NCBI GenBank assembly: GCA_002269645.1
Contig: NIVC01000067.1
Location: forward strand, 868,001 to 932,000
Direction: 5' to 3'
Source: Macrostomum lignano
Lineage: Eukaryota
Length of the DNA stretch: 64,000 nt
Of the stretch, positions 24,519 through 36,035 are shown in pieces. The translations under genes and the position numbers were made by a program. The notes below the pieces were generated by a model. It was not told the DNA's origin. It saw nothing but the letters and a program-made list of their open reading frames with translations, and made no database searches. Every line of letters starts with the position of its first letter. Within the stretch, counting starts at the first letter, position 1.

Positions 24519-25184
24519 TGTACCAAACGCATACATAGTGTCAAGATTTTGACACTATCATTCCTCGTATTCTCAAAGGCACAGAAAGGCGCACAACAGT
24601 AGATATTCGATTGTAGATCTATTTAAAAGTCTGTTTAGAATCGATTTTAAATTCAGGGTACGAGCGTACTTTATTGGTGACAGATAAGCACAGATGATAA
24701 TGCGTGTCTTCAAATCAGATATTTTCATTTAGTAGTCGGCATAGCAGGGAAGGAGTTGGCACAGCTCTAAGGTCTTGGTTGGCTTGGCACGTTGAAGAAT
24801 GATAGAAATTTATTCAGTCCTTCATTAAAGTGACGGGGAACAGCTGCTCCTGCAGGACAGCTCAGTGGTAATCGAATTTCTAAATCATGAAATTCCCAGC
24901 AGGGATCTCGCGGAATTCAATGGAGTTGAGAATGCTAATGGCTGACTGTCATTAATCTCCTGACTGCCTGCTCCATACCAACCAACATGTAGGTCGTCTG
25001 TGAAATCTTTAATTCTGTTTTTAACACTATATATGTAAAATGTAATAACAGGTATTTGATGTATTGTGATGAGTTCAATATCTAAATTAAAGATCTGACA
25101 CGGCACATAACTTTAACATATTTTTCAAGATTTTGACACCATCATTACTCGTATTCTCAATATCTCCTGACACAATTTTGGCAT

Positions 25185-26100
25185 CTCTTCCAAGCATCTG
25201 ACACAAATTCTACATCTCTTCCTAACATCTGACACAAATTCTACATCTTTTCTCAACATCTGACACAAATCCTACATCTTTTCCCCACATCTGACACAAA
25301 TTCTACATCTTTTCCCCACATCTGACACAAATTCTACATCTTTTCCCAACATCTGACACAAATCCTACATCTTTTCCCAACATCTGACACAAATCCTACA
25401 TCTTTTCCCAACATCTGACACAAATCCTACATCTTTTCCCAACATCTGACACAAATCCTACATCTTTTCCCAACATCTGACACAAATCCTACATCTTTTC
25501 CCAACATCTGACACAAATTCTACATCTTTTCCCAACATCTGACACAAATTCTACATCTTTTCCCAACATCTGACACAAATTCTACATCTTTTCCCAGCAT
25601 CTGACACAAATTCTACATCTTTTCCCCACATTTGACACAAATCCTACATCTTTTCCCCACATTTGACACAAATTCTACATCTTTTCCCCACATTTGACAC
25701 AAATCCTACATCTTTTCCCCACATTTGACACAAATTCTACATCTTTTCCCAGCATCTGACACAAATTCTACATCTTTTCCCAGCATCTGACACAAATTCT
25801 ACATCTTTTCCCAGCATCTGACACAAATTCTACATCATTTACCAGCATCTGACACAAATTCTACATCTTTTCTCAACATCTGACACAAATCCTACATCTT
25901 TTCCCCACATCTGACACAAATTCTACATCTCACCCAGCATCTGACACAAATCCTACATCTTTTCCTAACATCTGACACAAATCCTACATCTCTTCCCAGC
26001 ATCTGACACAAATCCTACATCTCACCCAGCATCTGACACAAATTCTACATCTCACCCAGCATCTGACACAAATTCTACATCTCTCCTCAACCTCTGACAC
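25185..26100. repeat. 31-bp minisatellite (ACATCTGACACAAATCCTACATCTTTTCCCA)n
   Basis: About 29 tandem copies. Confidence 0.95.
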
Positions 26101-26778
26101 AAAATGAACATTCCATATCAATACAAGCTCCCAAATCCCTAGCCTAGCTATTAACAAGAATCCCCAAACCAACTGACTCAAATTGAGCAGTTCAGTTCAA
26201 TGCAAACCTCTAGCAGGTCAGCAGCACCCAATAAAATCCAATTCAAGCCATGGCAACTCCCCAGAGGCTTTCGGCTACTTGAAAAGGCAGAAATGCGCCC
26301 TCAACCAGAGAAGCGAGCAATTTTCCGATAAAAAATACAGCCAAATTCTCAACACACTTTATAGGTCAATCAAGGTCACTGTAAGCGGTGATCGTTTACC
26401 TATTAAATTATTTCTTAAGCGTATAATATCGTATATTGTAATATGCTGTTTAAAATCCGAACAATAGAGAAAGGAAATCAAATTTAATTCGAAATGGGTC
26501 GGGTTAATCAAAATTGAAAAATGAAAAACATGCATAGCTTGATATTACTCAAATAGAAAGCACCAGACACCGCTAAGAATAAACTTTCAATTTGCTAGAA
26601 AGAAAAACTCGCTGAATCACAAGAAACTTGAAACACATTAAAATAGCTGCATCTCGCTACTGCAAGTAGCGCAAATCGTGTAGTAGTATTACTGAACCGT
26701 TTATTACAGTCCCGAAACCAACTCGTAGCAACAGAAGTCTTTAAAAAAAGTACATTCTGAACTCCCGTTGAACCGCGG

Positions 26779-27208
26779 TCACTTTGCCGCCTCCGCCTGC
26801 CGTCTTTTATCGCCGGCCTTCTCATCGTCGGGATGGAGATCGCGCACCGGCACGAGGCTCAGCAGCAGGAAGTGCCGCTGGTAGGCTTTACTGGCCCTGA
26901 ACAGCCGGTCGGTGCCGTGCAGGCTGTCCAGCACTCCAAGCACGCCGAAGTTGTTCACAAATTTCAGATGATGAAAGTCGTGCGCCTCGGGCGAGGGCAG
27001 CAGCGGGAAGTGGTAGCCGCAGTGGGCGATGGAGGTGGAGATCAGGGCCAGGCAGAACCACACCCACACCGTCCCCAGGTGCGAGCCCATGATCAGGGGT
27101 CCGACACACGGCGGCAGTAGGTTCGATAGGACGTGCTCGATCGGGTGCGCGTACAGGGATATTATCCCAATGGGAGCTGTCCACTCGTGATGGATCTTGT
27201 GAATGTGT
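26779..27208 (-). CDS. FAXDC2: FAXDC2 exon 3 (HIHKIHHEWTAPIG...HCGYHFP..SPEAHDFHHLKF...)
   Basis: Histidine boxes HKIHH and HDFHH; CATCCAG acceptor, phase 2; stop TGA at 26779-81. Confidence 0.95.
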
Positions 27209-27257
27209 CTGGATGGGGCAAGGCGATGGATCTTTTGTTAACGAGATTTACTTGCCT

Positions 27258-27780
27258 ACTGGGGATTTGAGTCTGGGGATTTGGGAAGATCATTGAGTCT
27301 GGGATTTGGGAAGATCATTGAGTCTGGGATTTGGGAAGATCATTGAGTCTGGGATTTGGGAAGATCATTGAGTCTGGGATTTGGGAAGATCATTGAGTCT
27401 GGGATTTGGGAAGATCATTGAGTCTGGGATTTGGGAAGATCATTGAGTCTGGGGATTTGGGAAGATCATCGAGTCTGGAGATTCGGGAAGATCATTGAGT
27501 CTGGGGATTAAAAGGTCGTTGAGTCTAAGGATTAGGGAAGATCATTGTGTCTGGGGATTTGGGAAGCTCATTGAGTCTGGGGATTCGGAAAGATCATTGA
27601 GTCTGGGGGTTTGGGAAGATCATTGAGTCTGGGGATTCGGGAAGATCATTAGGACTGGGGATTCGGGAAGATCATTGAGTCTGGGGATTCGGGAAGATCA
27701 TTGAGTCTGGGATTTGGGAAGATCATTGAGTCTGGGGATTTGGGAAGATCATTAGGACTGGGGATCTGGGAATATCATAT
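27258..27780. repeat. 25/26-bp minisatellite (GGGATTTGGGAAGATCATTGAGTCT)n in FAXDC2 intron 2
   Basis: About 20 copies. Confidence 0.95.
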
Positions 27781-27870
27781 AGAAAGTGATTCTGAAGATT
27801 CTGGAATATCAAGGATAGATGATGCATGAATCTGACCCACCCCAAGATAAAAAGCATAAGCATTGCTCAC

Positions 27871-28127
27871 TTGTAGATGCTGGGGTGGTGCAGCAGCCGG
27901 TGGGAATAGTAGAAGAACACCTCTTCGGCCAGCACGCAGACGCCAATTTCAAGGATGACCCACTGCAGAGTGGGCAGCTCGCCGTGGAACACTCCGCCTC
28001 GCAGCCTGAAAGCCTGATAAGCCAGCAGGGAGAAGGGAATCCCAACAACAGTCTGGTTGAACAGCACCAGGGCGATGGCTTTGGCCAGCTGGCGCCTGTC
28101 CACTGGGGCGTTTTTGTCCGGCTGCAC
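27871..28127 (-). CDS. FAXDC2: FAXDC2 exon 2 (VQPDKNAPVD...ELPTLQW...EEVFFYYSHRLLHHPSIYK)
   Basis: CCTTAG acceptor, AA|GTGAGC donor; 257 nt, phase 0-2; first His box HRLLH. Confidence 0.95.
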
Positions 28128-28154
28128 CTAAGGGGGGTGGGCGCGATCACAATT

Positions 28155-29232
28155 AGACACCTGGGTCAGAGATGACCCTCGCAATCTCAGGCATAGAGTC
28201 ACCTGCTTCAGAGATCACTCGCGCAATCTCGGGCATAGAGTCACCTGGGTCAGAGAAGACTCTCACTCGCAATCTCAGGCATAGAGTCACCTGCTTCAGA
28301 GATCACTCGCGCAATCTCGGGCATAGAGTCACCTGGGTCAGAGATCACTCTCGCAATCTCGGGCATAGAGTCACCTGGGTCAGAGATGACTCTCTCGCAA
28401 TCTCAGACATGGAGTCACCTGGATCAGAGATCACTCTCGCAATCTCGGGCATAGAGTCACCTGGGTCAGAGATGACTCTGTCGCAATCTCAGACATAGTC
28501 ACCTGGGTCAGAGATGACTCTCGCAATCTCAGGCATAGAGTCACCTGGGTCAGAGATGACTCTCTCGCAATCTCAGACATAGTCACCTGGGTCAGAGAAG
28601 ACTCTCACTCGCAATCTCAGACATGGAGTCACCTGGGTCAGAGATGACTCTCTCACAATCTCAGACAGAGTCACCTGGGTCAGAGATGACTCTCTCACAA
28701 TCTCAGACATAGTCACCTGGGTCAGAGAAGACTCTCACTCGCAATCTCAGACATGGAGTCACCTGGGTCAGAGATGACTCTCTCACAATCTCAGACAGAG
28801 TCACCTGGGTCAGAGATGACTCTCTCGCAATCTCAGACATAGTCACCTGGGTCAGAGAAGACTCTCACTCGCAATCTCAGACATGGAGTCACCTGGGTCA
28901 GAGATGACTCTCTCACAATCTCAGACAGAGTCACCTGGGTCAGAGATGACTCTCTCACAATCTCAGACAGAGTCACCTGGGTCAGAGATGACTCTCTCGC
29001 AATCTCAGACATAGTCACCTGGGTCAGAGAAGACTCTCACTCGCAATCTCAGACATGGAGTCACCTGGGTCAGAGATGACTCTCTCACAATCTCAGACAG
29101 AGTCACCTGGGTCAGAGATGACTCTCTCACAATCTCAGACAGAGTCACCTGGGTCAGAGATGACTCTCTCACAATCTCAGACAGAGTCACCTGGGTCAGA
29201 GATGACTCTCTCACAATCTCAGACAGAGTCAG
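28155..29232. repeat. 42-46-bp minisatellite (AGAGTCACCTGGGTCAGAGATGACTCTCTCACAATCTCAGAC)n in FAXDC2 intron 1
   Basis: About 25 copies; each unit has an internal inverted pair AGAGTCA/TGACTCT. Confidence 0.95.
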
Positions 29233-29268
29233 AGTCCCTCAGCTTGGTTACAAGACCCAAAGTCTTAC

Positions 29269-29577
29269 CTTGTACCGCATAAGAAACTCTGGCCAATTGA
29301 AAGTGTCGAGCAGGATGAGCAGCAGATTTAAAGACCAATACACCGTCATGGTGATGACTATGGATCCCCAGAGGCTGGCGGAAGCATCAGTGCCGCCAAA
29401 GAAGCTGTAAGCATTATCAAATGTGCTCTGCCAGAAATCACCAGAGGCGCCCCAGAAGCGCTGGGCAAGGTCTGTCACAGTGTTCCTGGCAGCAACAAAA
29501 GCCACTAGCGAGCTGCCAATGACAAAGGCAGCCCTGCGCAGCGAGTCAGTCCAATGCTCAGTAGCAATAGTCCGCAT
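29269..29577 (-). CDS. FAXDC2: FAXDC2 exon 1 (MRTIATEHW...RNTVT...FWGASGDFWQ...MRYK)
   Basis: AAG|GTAAGA donor. The three exons total 996 nt (331 aa plus stop), about the length of vertebrate FAXDC2. Confidence 0.92.
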
Positions 29578-30770
29578 CTGAAGTTGATCAGAGCACTGTG
29601 GAGTATTAACAATACCAAACAGAACTCATTGAAAAAATTATTTAATTTCCTTTTATAAAATATATAAAGGTTAATATTTATATTTTATATAAATGTGTCC
29701 AAGAAATTTTATTCTTACCAATTAAGAAATCACAATAAGTATTTAACATGTCAAATTAGTAACTTTGACTAATTCTAGAAACATCAATAGAATAAATTAT
29801 GAATGAGAACTTATTCAATATTGGTAATAGGTCTATGCCTTAATATACAACTTTTGCTTAGATATTAAATGAATAAATGCATATTTAACTTTGTAGATAC
29901 ATCTAATTTATTGATAGCAACTTATCAATAAATAGCATAAGAGATATATAAGCTACTTGTATTTTAAAATGCAAAATTGGTAGATAGAATGAAAATATAA
30001 AAATTAAGAAGGCTAAAAGCCATTGCATTCTTATTACTCAAGATCAAAATTTCTGAAAAAGTTTTTATTTGCATTTGACTCAATGAAACAGTTGTTGATG
30101 TAAAATTGAGGTAATGCATGTTAAGCATAAGCTCTGAGGACTGAGATAGACCTAATAGTTATAAATAAAGATATTAGGCCTATTATGCCTATACTAGTAT
30201 AAATTAGATTAAAGTATTGAAATAGTCAAGAAAGTATCCAAGCCTACTCGTAACTTGCAGCAGCGAGCGAATTTTTAAAGGTCCATTCATGTTCTTTTCC
30301 AACCTTTTATAGTTTTATTTTAAATCCAGGGGCTGCCAGGCTATTGACTCGTGTTGACCTAAAATAGATTAGATAAGCTAATGCCCAGAGAAAAGTTTTG
30401 CACTCAATATGTAAATGTAGGCCACACCAATTTATCATTCGATTTTGAAGCACCTTCAAATATAACTCAAGCGGGAAAAGAAACAAGCAATAAAAAGCTT
30501 GCCAGCGCTGAAGTCTATTAATTGGTAAAAAATCAAAGAAAGTGACAAATAATATCACGGCCACGAAAAACTAAACTAGACATGCAAAAAACACGTGACT
30601 AAAATCACATATTATTAAAAAATTTCTCGCTCGTCTATAGGTAACCTATTTTTATAAAAAATTTCAATTAAGGTTTAAGCAATGAAGTATGTGAATTTGT
30701 TAGAAACTAAATTTGTTCAAACTTGTGAAAGAATTAATCAGGTCAGTCGCTCGTAAAATTATGGCGATTA

Positions 30771-31194
30771 TGTGGTAGTGTAAGTGGGGCTACCACTGTA
30801 CCTGTTTTTGCGTTTCAGACTTTTCCTTTTCCTAGGGCTGGCCCAATCTGACAACCTTGAGGTGTACCCCGTGACGTGAATTTCGTTTTCCGGGTTTGGT
30901 CCCCACATTTCCCTCTGTTGGTGCTTTATTTTTCCCTCCCTTCCCTTCCTTCCTTCCCTCACCCTCCTTTCGATGGCTATTTTTGATTTTTTCATACGCG
31001 GAGCCAAGTTGCCTATCTTCTGTACTTTACCAAATCCACTGCATGAACCCCCTTAATTTGTTCCTTCGGATGAACTATCCGCCCTTTCGCGTGATACGTG
31101 ACTGAATTATATATAACGCCTGCCGTATATAGGACTCGACTCGTCGACTCGACTCCCTTCGCCCCCGAGTTCTCCACTTTTCTTGCGCTCCACA
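30771..31194. mobile_element. Possible solo LTR (TGTGG...CCACA, 424 bp)
   Basis: 5-bp terminal inverted repeat with TG..CA ends; TATA-like and AATAAA signals in minus orientation. Flanks ATTA/ACTA are only an imperfect TSD. Confidence 0.3.
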
Positions 31195-31464
31195 ACTAAA
31201 TTTCTCTTCAATTTGTTCTACACCATTTTACCTCTTATTTTGAACAAAGTCTTGTTCAAAAGAAACAAGCAGAACTTCAATTCAAACACTTTAAGAAATA
31301 TCAGCCCTTGTGGAAATTCAAATCAAACAAAGTCCTTTTCTATTGAAACAGAAGAACTTCAATTCAGACTGTCTGAGGCCAAAATTGTCCCCTGAGTAAC
31401 GCGCATGCGCAGATTTGAAATTCTGCGCATGATGACATCGGTGTCGCCGCTGCCTTTTACTGTA

Positions 31465-31717
31465 CACCTTTTCACGTTCAATTTGATCAAAGTCCAGTTC
31501 TAAAAAAAACTAGCGGAAATTCAATTGAAAAATTCAGACTGAAGACAATTTTTTCTATATGGGCTATGGCTAAACCTTGCTTCGGTGGCAGAATGTTTTG
31601 AACTGGGGTTTGTTTTTATTGATTTTCCGTAAGCGTTGCCCCAGTCTGAATTGTCTGAATTGAATTTCCGCTAGTTTTTAAAACTGGGCTTTGATCAAAA
31701 TTGAACGTGAAAAGGTG
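31465..31717. mobile_element. MITE with ~70-80-bp TIRs and TA target duplication (Tc1/mariner-type)
   Basis: TA|CACCTTTTCACGTTCAATTTGATCAAAG... pairs with ...CTTTGATCAAAATTGAACGTGAAAAGGTG|TA. Confidence 0.8.
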
Positions 31718-31926
31718 TAATACTTCTTTTGCTCGCGTTGCATTGCGCGACTGACGTTCTTCACCACAAAGCAATTGCCAGACAGAAAAACTAGCTATCG
31801 TTCTTCTTGGCTAGAAGCAAGTTATTAATGACTAGTCTATGGCTATAGTTGACAAGGCTCCATGAAATGGCCTAATCAGTTCAAGTCTCAGGTATTTTTG
31901 GCTTTTACTGGTAAATTCAGGGTTTT

Positions 31927-32144
31927 ATGTATCAGATTAAACATGCCTTTTGAGGGAGTTATTTGTATAAATCACGAGGGCCTGAGGCCCGAGGGATTTA
32001 TGAAAATAACTCCCGAAAAAGGCATGTGTAATCTCATATAAACCATAGACATAAAGACTTTACGGGATATTATTGAATATTACCAAATAAAATCCCGGAG
32101 AACGCAAATATTGTCACGGACAGTCTTTATTTCTATGGTTTATA
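31927..32144. repeat. Two abutting imperfect palindromes (31927-32040 and 32037-32144)
   Basis: First stem is ~55 bp around a GGGCC-TGA-GGCCC centre. Second has a 22/23 match of TATAAACCATAGACATAAAGACT to the reverse complement of 32122-32144. Confidence 0.8.
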
Positions 32145-32577
32145 GCGAGTTCATCTTAATCATAGCTCTTAGCGTTTGCACTTAAAAAAGGGCACCCTTA
32201 GTTTAAGCTCGTAGTTAGCAACTGTGTTTATTTGATGAACTGAACTGAGACTGAAATATGTCTATGGCCAATAGATGTAGTAATAAGGAATAAAATATAG
32301 TGCATTAGAAACAATTTTCAGCTCTATAACTAAAGTCAAAAACATTTAATTTTAGGACAGACGAAGTAATAAGCTACTATGGTTACTTGCATTAACTAAT
32401 TTATACTTCCTCTAGTTTCCTCACAAACATTTCCCCGCTTTGTAAGCCGTTCCCATTGTACACTATACATGTACATGCACGTACTATGAGTCCAGGAATA
32501 GCTCGTATTATTTCTAAACTTCTCCGGCCGTTTCACGGAAAATTAATGAAAGAAGAAGTACGTACGAGCTACTATAC

Positions 32578-34551
32578 CTATGCCTTCTCAGACCCGTCCG
32601 ACTGGCGCTGCGACAGCACCGCACCAAGCCCAATTCGAGAGCTGGCATCCGTGTCAAGAATAAACTCACCAGCGTTTGGCGAGAAGTCTGGAAAAGCCAT
32701 AACGCTTGGCGAACACAGAGCCGCTTTCAGACTGTTGAACGACTGCTCTTGGGCTGGGCCCCATTTGAACTCGGCATCGTTCGCTACAAGTCTGTAGAGC
32801 GGAGCGGCAATCTCGGAAAAATTTGGAATGAAAGCTTTGTAGTAAACGCACAGTCCGAGAAACGATTGGACTTTGGCCACACTGCAAGGCCTGGGCCAGT
32901 CCTGGATTTCGGCACACTTTTCTGGGTTCGTTGCTATTCCATCCTTGGAGATCACGTGACCTAAGAAGCTAATCTTTTCGGCCAGAAAGACAAATTTTGC
33001 TGGCTTCAGCTTAATGTTAGCACTTCTGAGACATTGGAACACATGCTCAAGGCGCTCGAAGTGCTGCTGCACAGTCGTGGAGAAGACAACTATGTCGTCG
33101 AAGTAGACGAGGCATTCCTTCCAGTTGACTTCTGACAGTGCCATGGACATGAGTCTCGTAAAGGTTGACGGGGCGTTTTTGAGCCCGAAACTCATGCACT
33201 TCCACGCAAACTGTCCCCGATTCGGCACCACGAAAGCGGTCTTTAACTGGTCTTTCGACTCCAGTGGGCACTGATGGTACCCGGATGCCAGGTCCATCGT
33301 GGAAAAGATGCAGTTTCCCCGAGCGCATCAAGAGTCTCATCCATCCTGGGCGGAGGCAGAGGATCAGGCACGGTCACGCTGTTCAGACGCCTGTAATCCA
33401 GACACATTCTGAGACTGCCATCCGACTTTCTAACCGGAACCACTGGGCTCGACCAGGGTGACTGACAGGGATAGATGCGGCCTTCAGCCAGCAGTTGATC
33501 AACCTGTTTATCAACCTCACTTCTCCAGTGCGGCGGGATTCTGCGCAAGGGTTCAGTCACGGGCTTTGCGCTACCCGTGTCGATTTCGTGCGCCATCAGA
33601 TTCGTGAGCCCGAGTTCAGAGCTGTCTTTGGCAAAGACGTCACGATTTTTGGCAACCAGGGAAACAAACTCTCTTGCCTCTGCGTCTGATAGGCCGCAGG
33701 CACCCCACTCTTTGACTTCGCTGAGGGGACTCCACAGCTCTCCTTCTGACTGGACGGCATTCAGCTGCAGCTCCGCTGGCTGCTGCGCAGAGACCGGCGA
33801 AAACCAGCCAACTCGAGTGCCCCGCCTTATCGACAAACTGCACTCCGACGTGTTCAGAATCCTGACAGACAACTGACCCTCTTGATCAGGCAACTGCACC
33901 GATCTGGCCAGCAAATGATCACCTGCTGCCCGACGCTCGGACTCCACCATTCCAGGAAACTGAAATCCCCTCACCCCGCGTCTCTGAAGGCGGACTGGGA
34001 CCAGCTTCTCCTCACCGACATCCATCCGGACAGCCTGGCGCAGCACGATGCGGCACACAAGGGGTCTGTCAGCACAAAAACGGAAAGGAAAGACACACGA
34101 TTCTGTCTGCAGGCAGTGTCTAGCGAAATCAATTATCATGCAATGTCTAATGAAAATAATCGGTTCCTAAAATGCATGGCTGTGAAATTTCATCGACAAC
34201 TAAGAATTCGTGCTCAAATTTTGTCTCACCAATCGAAAAATTCGGATTAATTCGGCCTAAAATTTGAATTGGCTCACCACTCGCTGTGTAAATTGAAAAA
34301 TCAGTACTACAATTCTGAATTTTGTTCTTAATTTTGGCGGATTCTAAGAAACGACTACTAAGTAATGACACTGTGGACCCGCTGTCCAGCAAACAAGCAA
34401 CCAAGGGCCCATATTCAAACTTTGCGTCAATATAACCCAGTCCAGTTCCACCAAGCACACTCTGGATCTGGGTTGTGGGCCCTGGCGCTTCTTCAATCAC
34501 TGCAGACGGGGCCCGGGACGCTGGCCTGGCCGGCCCCCCATCCCGTTTCCC
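32578..34551 (-). pseudogene. pol: Gypsy pol (protease LLDSGS, RT YFDD, RNase H DTDAS) with two frameshifts, truncated
   Basis: Segments 34147-34620, 33243-34139 and 32578-33297 join through frameshifts near 34150 and 33310. The frame ends at DGSEKA*. Confidence 0.93.
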
Positions 34552-35444
34552 TGACTCTGAGCAGCCTGCTGACTCTGGCACCTGGCACGAGTGTGGCCCT
34601 GCTGGCCGCAGGCAAGGCAAACTACTCGATTCTTACAGTCCGCCGCCGAGTGCCCCATCTGAAGACACCTCCCACAGGTTCTGCCCGCCTGAGGCGCGGC
34701 TGCCGGCTGCTGCGGACTCGGCTGCACCACCGAGGCCGACGCCCCTCCTTGCTTCAGCTGCGCGATCTCTGCCTTCAAGCTGGCGATCTCCGCAGCCATG
34801 CGAGCTGTCTGACTGTCCGCTGCAGCAGCTGCCGCCTGACTGTTCACCACGTGGACTGACCGCTTTCCCTCCAGCAGCTTCATCGATGCGAGAGTCTGGC
34901 GCACTCGCTGGATCGCGGCCTGCAGCGTGTCAGGGTCTTGCAGCAAGACATTCTCAAGCACCCTGTCCGGAACTCGAATCCCCTTTAAGAATCGGTCTTT
35001 TGCTAGCTCATCCCTTTGCTCCACTGGCAGAGCCGGATATGCCTTACGCATGAGCTCCCTGAGAGCGTCAGCGTAATCCTCTAGTGCTTCCCCCTCTCTC
35101 TGACTCCTGTTTTGAAATTCTGTCTTGTAGTCCTGGGGTGTGCGATTCTGACTGAAGCGAGCCTCCAGCTGCTCCACAAACTCTGCGTAGTCCAAGTCAT
35201 CATCCAGCTAGAGATTGGCCACTGCTTTAAAAGCTGTGCCAAAGTCCAACAGACTCAGCAAATTCTGCTTCCGCTGATCCTCAGGGATCTGAGCAGCCTC
35301 GCAGTACGTGGTAAACTGTTGCAACCACAAAGCAAAATCTTGAGTCGGCACATACTTATTAGGACGTGGAACGCGCTGACCCACGTTCAACTGCTCCTGG
35401 ATTCTCGCTGTCAAAGCACCGATAAGATCGTCTAAATTGGCCAT
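34497..35444 (-). pseudogene. gag: Gypsy gag with two CCHC zinc knuckles and an in-frame TAG at 35208-35210
   Basis: CGRCLQMGHSAADC and CLACGQQGHTRARC. ORFs 35208-35456 and 34497-35195 are in the same frame. Confidence 0.9.
34545..34551 (-). other. -1 programmed ribosomal frameshift heptamer G GGA AAC (gag-pol)
   Basis: XXXYYYZ slippery site in the gag frame; pol is in the -1 frame; GC-rich structured sequence follows. Confidence 0.75.
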
Positions 35445-35570
35445 GATCGCTTGCACAAAACTAATTCTAACGCAAAACTAATTCTAACGCAAAACTAATT
35501 CTAACGCAAAACTAATTCAATAATGCACTACCCCAGACAACAGACAGAAATCTAACGGAAACCCTAACTG

Positions 35571-35590
35571 GAATCCTGGTCACGGCACCA
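35571..35590 (-). promoter_or_regulatory. Primer-binding site TGGTGCCGTGACCAGGATTC (tRNA-His)
   Basis: Starts 2 nt after the LTR end; complementary to the invertebrate tRNA-His(GUG) 3' end ...GAATCCTGGTCACGGCACCA (from memory). Confidence 0.8.
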
Positions 35591-35592
35591 GT

Positions 35593-36035
35593 TGTTGTGA
35601 GCCCCGTCCTCCGGAGCAACGCCTACAGCTTTAACCTGTCGGGAAGCTGCGACCCCCAGGTCCCCAGTCAGAGCTCCCGTCCCGCGCCCTAGGGAGAAGC
35701 AGAAAAAAGGACAGTAACTCGCGAACACGAACTTACACACCGTAGCCGATGCAGTTCGCCGTGCACTTTTTATGGTAGATCGACGAGTCGTTAATAGCCA
35801 ACGGAAGCGGACCAACGCGCGCAAGGGAGGAGTCTGCCCTCCAGACAGCGACTATATATTTTTCATTGGTCCTACGCGTACATGAATATAACTTAAGAAC
35901 AAATGTACGGTACAGCAGGGGAGGTGGGGTGGGGTGGCGTGATCGGCGTACGCATTGATTATTGATTGGAGGGGTGGGGCAGACTGGAGGGTTGGGGCGG
36001 GGCAGGAGGGCGAGAAAGGGCACGATTGCACAACA
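35593..36035 (-). mobile_element. 5' LTR, 443 bp (TGTTGTG...CACAACA)
   Basis: 7-bp terminal inverted repeat adjacent to the PBS. Confidence 0.85.

Larger units (their letters stand above)
32578..36035 (-). mobile_element. Defective, 3'-truncated Ty3/gypsy LTR retrotransposon
   Basis: 5' LTR, PBS, gag, protease, RT and the start of RNase H in gypsy order; no integrase or 3' LTR. Confidence 0.95.
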
